DNA of 25,404 nucleotides from a virus. A program made the position numbers and the translations under genes. The first letter of the stretch is position 1, and the number at the start of each line of letters is the position of its first letter. The notes under the pieces were generated by a model that was not told where the DNA came from, made no database searches, and was given only the letters and a program-made list of their open reading frames with translations. Positions 17,274-24,629 of the stretch are shown here, piece by piece. The DNA is taken from IMG/VR virus record IMGVR_UViG_3300033273_000550, positions 166,013 through 191,416 of that record. One strand, written 5' to 3'.

Positions 17274-17826
17274 TCAAGAGATTGGACCTTGCAGCAATCA
17301 TGCTAATGAATACGTTCCGTTTGTATCGGAAGTAGAAGAGTTTAATACTACATTTGGTAAACCTAATAATTATGAACCAACCATCCCTGAAGAAAAAGAA
17401 TGGAAATTCGTATACGACTTTATACTCGAGGAACTTGAGGAGTATAGAGAAGCGTGCGAAAGAGGAGACATCGTGGAAGTTTTGGATGCTTTGTGCGACA
17501 TTGCTTATGTTTCCATTGGGAACGGTACTATGCTACATGGCCTTAAAGATAAGATATGGCCAGCATATCTCGAAGTACAAGCGTCTAATTTATCGAAGGC
17601 TTGCACATCTGAAGAAGAAGCAATTGAAACCGTCAGCGTACGAGCTAAGGAACAAGGTGAGGAGTGTCATTATGAAAAGGTAGGAAAAGTTTTTGTAGTA
17701 TATAGAACTAGAGATAGAAAAGTAATGAAATCAGTTAATTATTTTAGACCTGATTTGACTAAGTTTTTTCAAGAGGAGGAAATAGATAAATGTAGACCTA
17801 ATTTTGATCCCGGTACAATAATTTAA
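17245..17826 (+). CDS. MazG-like / PRA-PH all-alpha NTP pyrophosphohydrolase
   Basis: V.EF..TFG, ILEELEEY, EVLDALCDIAYV and EVQASNLSK. Confidence 0.87.
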   Translation: MGKQLQLFSDQEIGPCSNHANEYVPFVSEVEEFNTTFGKPNNYEPTIPEEKEWKFVYDFILEELEEYREACERGDIVEVLDALCDIAYVSIGNGTMLHGLKDKIWPAYLEVQASNLSKACTSEEEAIETVSVRAKEQGEECHYEKVGKVFVVYRTRDRKVMKSVNYFRPDLTKFFQEEEIDKCRPNFDPGTII

Positions 17827-17836
17827 ATATAATAAT

Positions 17837-18748
17837 ATGTCAGAAGTTAAAAATTATCAAGAAGTAGTAGATATTGCATCTAAGCATTTAGGTAAAGTAG
17901 GAGGCGATGGATACTCAGATCAATATAATAGAGATTTATTGGTTAAGGTACCTAGGTTCTTAAATAGAGAAGGTTACGGATTAACATCAGATAGTTTTGT
18001 TGGTGTTGATGTTTGGAATGCTTATGAAGTATCTGCTATTACTGTAAAAGGTCAACCAGTAGCCGGTATGTTAAAGATAGTATGTCCAGCTGATTCCGAA
18101 TTTCATGTTGAATCTAAATCGATTAAGTTATATTTAAACTCTTTTAATATGACTCAAATTGGTGAAACTGCTGCCGATTGTATTAAAGCAATCGAAGCTA
18201 CTGTAAAAAGAGATTTAGATGAGTTACTAGAAACTGAGACAACTGTATCTTTTTATGCAAGTAGTGAAGAGGCGGAAGTTCTATCTTTCGAAGATTATCA
18301 GGATGTAGCAGATGTAGTAGATTTAGATCAAATAGACTTTACTTCTTTTAAATCAGATGCTTCTCAATTGAAGATTGAGGATACTGATGAGGAAGCTAAG
18401 GTAGTAAAATTAAGATCTAATCTTCTTAGATCAAATTGTAGAGTTACTAACCAACCGGATTGGGGAGATGTATTTATTAAACTTAAAGGTAAACATCTTC
18501 CAGCAGCAGACTCCTTAGCTAAGTATATTGTTAGTCATAGAACCGTTAGTCACTTTCATGAAGAGATATGCGAAATGGTTTTTAAACATATTTCTGATGC
18601 ATATGAACCTGAAGAGCTGATGGTAGCTTGTCTATATACTAGGAGAGGAGGTATAGATATTAATCCTGTAAGAGCAACTCATAGTAGTTTAATACCTGAA
18701 TTCTTTACTAACCCTGATTATTTAATTCAGAAGACTCTAAGACAGTAA
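17837..18748 (+). CDS. queF: NADPH-dependent preQ0 reductase, bimodular (type II) QueF
   Basis: GVDVWNAYE, QueF motif VESKSIKLYLNSFN, catalytic SNCRVTNQPDWG, FHEEICE and YTRRGGIDINP. Confidence 0.95.
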   Translation: MSEVKNYQEVVDIASKHLGKVGGDGYSDQYNRDLLVKVPRFLNREGYGLTSDSFVGVDVWNAYEVSAITVKGQPVAGMLKIVCPADSEFHVESKSIKLYLNSFNMTQIGETAADCIKAIEATVKRDLDELLETETTVSFYASSEEAEVLSFEDYQDVADVVDLDQIDFTSFKSDASQLKIEDTDEEAKVVKLRSNLLRSNCRVTNQPDWGDVFIKLKGKHLPAADSLAKYIVSHRTVSHFHEEICEMVFKHISDAYEPEELMVACLYTRRGGIDINPVRATHSSLIPEFFTNPDYLIQKTLRQ

Positions 18749-19092
18749 TGAAGGCTGGGAAGATTTGGGGGAATACCGAGATGATTCATAAAAATGGAGT
18801 TTTAGAATTCCATAGGATTGAATTTAACGCTGGATATAAATGCTCCGAGCATGAGCATAAATTTAAGTGGAACGGTTTTTTTGTTGAATCTGGTAAAATG
18901 TTAATTAGAGTTTGGCAAGATGATCAAAATTTAGTTGACGAAACGATTCTTAACGCAGGTGAATTCACTATGGTTAAACCAGGTAAATTTCATCAGTTTG
19001 AAGGATTAGAAGACGGTGTTGCTTTTGAACTGTATTGGGCAGAGTTTAATCATGAAGATATTTATAGAAGAACAGTAGGTTCAAAAAGTTAA
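18748..19092 (+). CDS. Small cupin (sugar-isomerase-like)
   Basis: KIWG, CSEHEH..KWNGFFVESG and VKPGKFHQF cupin motifs. Confidence 0.8.
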   Translation: MKAGKIWGNTEMIHKNGVLEFHRIEFNAGYKCSEHEHKFKWNGFFVESGKMLIRVWQDDQNLVDETILNAGEFTMVKPGKFHQFEGLEDGVAFELYWAEFNHEDIYRRTVGSKS

Positions 19093-19094
19093 TT

Positions 19095-19358
19095 ATGGCA
19101 GTAGAAAAAACTGAAGTAAAAGAATTGATTGCAGTTAGAGTCCCACCAGGAGATAACTGGGAATTAGTAATAGATAAGGAAAACATTATTGAAGGTTTAG
19201 TTCAAGCATTAACTCAATATATGCGTAAAACTAAATTTAAAGGTCACTATAGATTAGAACCTTTAAATGGTAAACTATTTGCTATCAAAGAAACTGAAGT
19301 AATTGTTCCGGAACCAGAACCAGAGGTATGGGACCTTTACGGTGAAGGTTCGTACTAA
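19095..19358 (+). CDS. Hypothetical protein
   Basis: 87-aa ORF tightly packed between neighbours; no motif recognised. Confidence 0.7.
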   Translation: MAVEKTEVKELIAVRVPPGDNWELVIDKENIIEGLVQALTQYMRKTKFKGHYRLEPLNGKLFAIKETEVIVPEPEPEVWDLYGEGSY

Positions 19359-19942
19359 TGTCAAGATTCTTCAAAAAATTATCCTATAAATACGATTACT
19401 TGAATCTTGAATTAGAAGAAACTCAAGAACTCTCCGATGAATATCAGGTTGAATTCAATAAATTATTTGGGAAGTATTTTATAGATAAAAATTCGGAAAT
19501 GTGGGTTAATGAAGCCACAGGAGAAATCAGAAAAGAAAGACCAGAGAAAGAAGAAGAAAAAGAAGTAAAACCTAAAAAGGTACCGAATAAGAAACTAAAA
19601 GAGCTCTATAAAACTCTTTCAAAGTTTGTTCATCCTGACAAAGGAGGTAATACAGAACTTTTTAATAAGGTTAAAGATTCATACGAGAATGAAGATTTAT
19701 TTTCTTTACTGAAGTTTGCTGGAGATTATGAACTTAAGTATGAGTATGATGAAAAAGATAAAGAGTTAATTAGTAGTTCAATTAAAAGAGTAGAAGACAA
19801 AATTAATACCTTACAGAATACTTTAGCCTGGCATTACTGTACAGGAGATAAACACAAAAAAATTACAGTTATTAAAATGCTTGAAAAACAGTTAAATATA
19901 GAAGTAAAACAGGAAGATATACCTAAAGAGTTACATTTATGA
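19358..19942 (+). CDS. J-domain-containing protein
   Basis: LKELYKTLSKFVHPDKGG..ELF..V..SYE, which is J-domain helix II-HPD-helix III. Confidence 0.75.
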   Translation: MSRFFKKLSYKYDYLNLELEETQELSDEYQVEFNKLFGKYFIDKNSEMWVNEATGEIRKERPEKEEEKEVKPKKVPNKKLKELYKTLSKFVHPDKGGNTELFNKVKDSYENEDLFSLLKFAGDYELKYEYDEKDKELISSSIKRVEDKINTLQNTLAWHYCTGDKHKKITVIKMLEKQLNIEVKQEDIPKELHL

Positions 19943-20826
19943 AATTTATAACCGGTGAAGACTTTCAAAGCTTGTGCGGCACTCAGATAAGTATAGAACC
20001 CTTTACACCTTATGAACTTAAATCAGATATAGTTATTAATGCTTGGGATTATGATTTTACTGATTATGATAATAGTGAATTAGTTTATGTCAATATTGAT
20101 TTAATAAAAGGACCAATCAAGCCTGAAAATTTAAATGAAGAGTCTAAAAACACGTTAGTATTCGATAAAGAAGTTAATATAGTAGATAGTTTAAAAAAAT
20201 TTAAAAATCCATTTAGGTTAGTATTACATAATAATGACGCCGGTTTTGATGAATCTAATTTAGAACTTCTAGACATACCAAATTGTAAAAAGATATATAC
20301 GCAAAACGTTTTAATAGAACACGAAGATGTAGTACCTATTCCAATCGGTTTAGGTAATTCTTGCTGGCATTACGGAGATCAAACAGCTTTTGATAATATT
20401 GAACCCAGTGAAGAAAAAACAGAAGATATCTTTTTTAATTTCACGATAGAGGGAGGATGTCGAGACGTTAAGAGACCTGACTGTTTTAATAAATGTACTC
20501 AATTAGGAATACCTTGGATTAAATCGTTAGATCAGAGAAGTTATATAGAAAAACTTAACACTTATAAGTTTATTATCTCTCCTGAAGGTAACGGTATAGA
20601 TTGTCATCGTACTTGGGAAGCTCTTTACTTAAAGACTATCCCTATTGTTGACAAGAATAAAGTTACAGAGCATTTCAGTAAACTTTTTCCTATGGTTTTA
20701 GTTGATGACTGGAATACCTTTAAATTAGATGATTTAAACGGTGTTTACGAAAAAGCTGACTGGTCTAATTATGAATTGCTTGATTTTAATAAATTTATTT
20801 CTTATATTGGTATAATATGGCAGTAA
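19939..20826 (+). CDS. Exostosin-like (GT47-related) glycosyltransferase
   Basis: PIPIGL and YKFIISPEGNGIDCHRTWEALYLKTIPIV. Confidence 0.8.
   Translation: MKFITGEDFQSLCGTQISIEPFTPYELKSDIVINAWDYDFTDYDNSELVYVNIDLIKGPIKPENLNEESKNTLVFDKEVNIVDSLKKFKNPFRLVLHNNDAGFDESNLELLDIPNCKKIYTQNVLIEHEDVVPIPIGLGNSCWHYGDQTAFDNIEPSEEKTEDIFFNFTIEGGCRDVKRPDCFNKCTQLGIPWIKSLDQRSYIEKLNTYKFIISPEGNGIDCHRTWEALYLKTIPIVDKNKVTEHFSKLFPMVLVDDWNTFKLDDLNGVYEKADWSNYELLDFNKFISYIGIIWQ
20780..20808 (+). promoter_or_regulatory. Putative promoter TTGATT-17-TATATT embedded in the upstream CDS
   Basis: TTGATT 20780-20785, 17-nt spacer, TATATT 20803-20808, ATG at 20817. Confidence 0.65.
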
Positions 20827-21713
20827 AAAGAATATTTGCGTTTGGAGACAGCTTTACTCAAGGTGAGGGAGCTAATTTAAAATTATGTAGAGAGATAGAA
20901 GCTATTTTCGTAAAAGAAAGAAGTAAGTCTAAACGTGCTCATGGTTTAGCTTTAGTAAGTGATATAAATCGTAAACTATCATGGACTCAACACGTAGAAG
21001 ATGATTTAGGAATATACGTTGATAATCAAGCTGAAACAGGTGCAAGCAACCAAAAGATATTCCAGAAAGTTTTTGATGTTGACAAATGGGCTAAGTTTAA
21101 TTCTGATGATTTAATTATTGTAGCATGGAGTTCTATTTTAAGAGATCCTATGCCGTTTCTACCCAATGTGTATCAAGAATCCTCTCCTACCGGTATTGGA
21201 TGGTCAATAAAAGAATTAGCAGGAAAAGATGCAGAAAGATTATTTTTAGAGACCTACCCTGATAAGTTAGATAAATCTGAAAAAAACTATTTAATTGAAA
21301 CGTTAGTTCCTTTTATGAAGGAATTCTTTAAAGATTATATAGTGGATATTCACGACGGTTCACTACATAATTATCTTACAGTTAATTACATTTACTTTTT
21401 ACAGAAGTTTTTTGAATCTAGAGGCATTAGGTATATGATGGTAGATGCTTTTGAAAATACTACTGCATATAAAAGTTGTAATCCTAAGTTATGGAAAAGT
21501 ATAGATACAGAGTACTATATGGGATTCGATAAAACTACCTTATGGGATTTGTTAAATGATAAGTGTGGTGAAAAAGATGTATGGGAAGATGAAGAACTTC
21601 GTAGTAAAACAGATGGAATAAAGCATCATCCTAATATGGAAGGATATAAAATTATAAGTGAATTCGTATTAGAATATCTTAAAGAAACTTTTTTTAAGAA
21701 AACAGCAATATAG
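20817..21713 (+). CDS. SGNH/GDSL hydrolase-like protein
   Basis: IFAFGDSFTQG, N.A..GASN and HHPNMEGYKII. Confidence 0.75.
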   Translation: MAVKRIFAFGDSFTQGEGANLKLCREIEAIFVKERSKSKRAHGLALVSDINRKLSWTQHVEDDLGIYVDNQAETGASNQKIFQKVFDVDKWAKFNSDDLIIVAWSSILRDPMPFLPNVYQESSPTGIGWSIKELAGKDAERLFLETYPDKLDKSEKNYLIETLVPFMKEFFKDYIVDIHDGSLHNYLTVNYIYFLQKFFESRGIRYMMVDAFENTTAYKSCNPKLWKSIDTEYYMGFDKTTLWDLLNDKCGEKDVWEDEELRSKTDGIKHHPNMEGYKIISEFVLEYLKETFFKKTAI

Positions 21714-21742
21714 TTTCTCGTCTGAGATTATTTTCTTATATT
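21714..21742 (+). promoter_or_regulatory. Putative promoter TTTCTC-17-TATATT (weak -35) for nuclease-polA-metK
   Basis: TATATT 21737-21742 in a 48-nt intergenic gap, preceded by the same T-rich spacer as other copies. The -35 deviates from TTG. Confidence 0.5.
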
Positions 21743-21761
21743 TAAGTAATAAAACGGTTAT

Positions 21762-22292
21762 ATGGAAAGTGAATATACTTTAACTATGTATGAGGAAGAT
21801 TTAGGATTTCCTCGAAAAACTTTAGAAAAATATATTAGAGACCCTCAAGCAGCCAGAGACGCAATAATGTACGGCGGTAAACCCTTTTTAACTGAAGAAA
21901 TTATTAAAAATTGGGCTTGTCATTACTTTAGAAGAGATATGAAAGTAGCAAGGACTACTAATAATTTTGGCTTTGATGTAGTTAGTGATGATGGTGAAAT
22001 TTTTATTGAAGTTAAAAGTAGTTGGAAACCTGATTCTAAATACGTATCTTTTAAAAGTATAGGTCAGAAGAAAGATGCTAACGGTGAGTATGCATTTACT
22101 CATATAGCTTTTTATTCTCCTTTATTAGATCCGAATGGAGTTGTTCTTTTTACTAGAAAGCAATTTGTAGAACAAGTTGTTTTACCCCCAGCTGGTAAAT
22201 TAAATATAAAAATGGATCTAAATGAAGGTTATGATAATAATACTTGTCATAAGTCTTCTGTAGCATTTTATAATAATATTAAATGGATGTAA
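21762..22292 (+). CDS. PD-(D/E)XK restriction-endonuclease-like nuclease
   Basis: E.II..W helix followed by GFDVV......IEVKS (D...EXK). Confidence 0.65.
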   Translation: MESEYTLTMYEEDLGFPRKTLEKYIRDPQAARDAIMYGGKPFLTEEIIKNWACHYFRRDMKVARTTNNFGFDVVSDDGEIFIEVKSSWKPDSKYVSFKSIGQKKDANGEYAFTHIAFYSPLLDPNGVVLFTRKQFVEQVVLPPAGKLNIKMDLNEGYDNNTCHKSSVAFYNNIKWM

Positions 22293-24619
22293 TGCAATTA
22301 GAAAAAAAGTACTATACCGTCCAAGACTCAGAGACGTTAAAGTTAATGTTTCAACACATACAAGAGTCAGATATTATCGCAGTCGATACTGAGACTTCAG
22401 GTCTTAATCCTAGAAAGAATAAAATTGTAGGTTGGTCACTCTCAGGAGATGAAGGTATTGGATTTTATATTCCTACTTTAGTGTGGAACTTTGAGAAAGG
22501 TGAGCTAGAGTTGCAGACGATAGATGGTACTTCTACTGAAACTATCTCTAAAAATTTACTAAAAGCGTTAAAAGGTAAAAAATTAGTATTTCATAATGCT
22601 TCTTTTGACGTTCAGTTTATTAAGAACTATTTCGGTATCGATTTGTTACCTGATGTTTGGGTTGATACTGGACTACTTGTTCATACAGTTTATGAAGAAG
22701 GAGCTTTTGGCTATGGTAATCCGTTTGGATTAAAGTCAATTGCTATTATGAATCAAGAAGCTCTAGGGTTAGATGTAGAAAAAGCAGCTAACGAAGAGCA
22801 AATAGAACTAAAAGAAAGTATAAAGAAAAATGGAGGCTCAGTTACTAAAGAAAGTTTTGAAATTTATAAAGCTGATCTTGATATTCTTAGCAAGTATGCC
22901 AGTGCAGATACTGACCTTACTTTACGTATCTGTAACTTATATCTTAAAAAACTTAAAGAAGAAAAATTAGAGAAGTTCTTCTTTGAAGATGAAGTTATGC
23001 CTATCTACCGTGAAGTAACTGTCCCTATGGAAGCTGCAGGTGTTGATTTAGATGTAGAACTTATAGAACAGATTCATGAGGAGATAGTAAAAGATCAAGA
23101 AGAAAATAAAAAGATTGTGATGAAATCTTTACTAGCTCTTTCTGAAGTAAAAGAATGGGTAGTAGCTACTTCTATTACTAACTTTCCTGTATCTCATAAA
23201 GGTAACTGGGCTCAAAGGTTAGTACAAAGATACTCGCTACCTTTACCTAAATCAGAGAAAACCGGAAAATACTCTCTTACTCAGAAGAACATAGAGCAGT
23301 TAGAAGACTCTCCTGTAAAAGAATTCTTACTTACCGGTAATGAAGACTTATTAGAAGACCTTGAAAAAGCTAGGATATCTATGTCGCTATGGAAGGAGTC
23401 TAATGACGGTGAATACATTAATATACAGTCTAAAAAGCACCTTGGAGAGATAGTTTTTGACTATATGGGAATTCAACCTAAAGTTGCTGGTGCTAATACT
23501 AAATCCGGTAGAGCTAAGTTTGATATGGATATGGTTAAGGATTTAGCAAAAGATTATACTTGGGCTGAAAATCTAAGAATTTATAATAAACTACTTAAAA
23601 TTAAATCTACGTATGTAGATAGATTTAGAGATAGAAATGAAGATGGTAAGTACTATTTTTATTTTAAGCAGAACGGTACTGTGTCTGGTCGATACGGTTC
23701 TGATGCTCAGCAACTACCTAAACCTCTAGAAGAAGGAGAAGATGCTCCGATTATTATGAAGTATGTAAACATAGTGAGAGCATTTTTAACTGCCGGTAAA
23801 GGTAGAAAAGTAATTGATGCAGATTACGAATCACTAGAACCTCATTGCTTTGCTTCAGTATCTGGAGATGAGAAGCTTCAAGAAATATTTAATAACGGTT
23901 GGGATTTCTATTCATACGTAGCTATACAGACTGAAAAATTAGAAGGAGTCTCTGCTGATAAAAAAGCTGATAATTACCTTAAAAAGCTAGATCCTGTTAA
24001 GAGAAATAAAGCTAAAGCTTATTCGTTAGGGGTTGCCTACGGAATGGAAGCTTATGCTCTTAAAATGACTTTGGGAGTCGATCAAAAGACTGCAGAAGGT
24101 TTAATTAAAGGTTACTTAGATGGATTCCCAGGTCTAGCTAAATGGAGAGAAAACTCAAGGAGACAGGTTAAGGATAACGGTTTTATTAAAAATTATGTTG
24201 GTAGAGTAAGACATTTACCTAGAGTTAAGAAGATCTATGAAAAGTTTGGTGAGCAGATGATGGATTGGAGATTTAGAAAAGATCTTGAGAATCAAGGATA
24301 TAGTAGAGACGATGTCATTAAAGTTTATAGAGATTATAGAAACGGATTAAATAACTGTTTAAACTTTCAGTTACAGTCTTTAGCAGCAGCGGTAGTAAAC
24401 AGAGCAGCAGTACAGATAAATAGAGCTGCTAAGGAGATGAATATTGATGCTTACGTACAAGCTCAAGTTCATGACCAGTTAATTATAAACGTAGATGAGA
24501 ATCAAGCTGAGGAATTTGCTCCTGTAGTACAGAAGATTATGGAAAATACTACTAAGCTTCCTGGCGTAACCTTAAAAGCACCTCCTGAAATAGCTGATAA
24601 CTGGAGAGATGGACATTAA
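22283..24619 (+). CDS. polA: Family A DNA polymerase with 3'-5' exonuclease and no 5'-3' exonuclease domain (phage type)
   Basis: Exo I AVDTETSGL, Exo II FHNASFD, Exo III YASAD; motif A DADYESLEP, motif B R.KAKAYSLGVAYG, motif C QVHDQL. The start may be ATG 22292. Confidence 0.95.
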   Translation: MDVMQLEKKYYTVQDSETLKLMFQHIQESDIIAVDTETSGLNPRKNKIVGWSLSGDEGIGFYIPTLVWNFEKGELELQTIDGTSTETISKNLLKALKGKKLVFHNASFDVQFIKNYFGIDLLPDVWVDTGLLVHTVYEEGAFGYGNPFGLKSIAIMNQEALGLDVEKAANEEQIELKESIKKNGGSVTKESFEIYKADLDILSKYASADTDLTLRICNLYLKKLKEEKLEKFFFEDEVMPIYREVTVPMEAAGVDLDVELIEQIHEEIVKDQEENKKIVMKSLLALSEVKEWVVATSITNFPVSHKGNWAQRLVQRYSLPLPKSEKTGKYSLTQKNIEQLEDSPVKEFLLTGNEDLLEDLEKARISMSLWKESNDGEYINIQSKKHLGEIVFDYMGIQPKVAGANTKSGRAKFDMDMVKDLAKDYTWAENLRIYNKLLKIKSTYVDRFRDRNEDGKYYFYFKQNGTVSGRYGSDAQQLPKPLEEGEDAPIIMKYVNIVRAFLTAGKGRKVIDADYESLEPHCFASVSGDEKLQEIFNNGWDFYSYVAIQTEKLEGVSADKKADNYLKKLDPVKRNKAKAYSLGVAYGMEAYALKMTLGVDQKTAEGLIKGYLDGFPGLAKWRENSRRQVKDNGFIKNYVGRVRHLPRVKKIYEKFGEQMMDWRFRKDLENQGYSRDDVIKVYRDYRNGLNNCLNFQLQSLAAAVVNRAAVQINRAAKEMNIDAYVQAQVHDQLIINVDENQAEEFAPVVQKIMENTTKLPGVTLKAPPEIADNWRDGH

Positions 24620-24629
24620 AATTTAAAAT

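Noticed and set aside
17354-17683. Alternative-frame + strand 109-aa ORF
   Set aside because: Nested in the MazG-like gene, TTG start, no recognisable motif; no evidence for overprinting.
20085-20276. Minus-strand 63-aa ORF
   Set aside because: Antisense to the exostosin-like gene; no support.
21888-22103. Minus-strand 71-aa ORF
   Set aside because: Antisense to the nuclease gene; composition typical of a shadow ORF.
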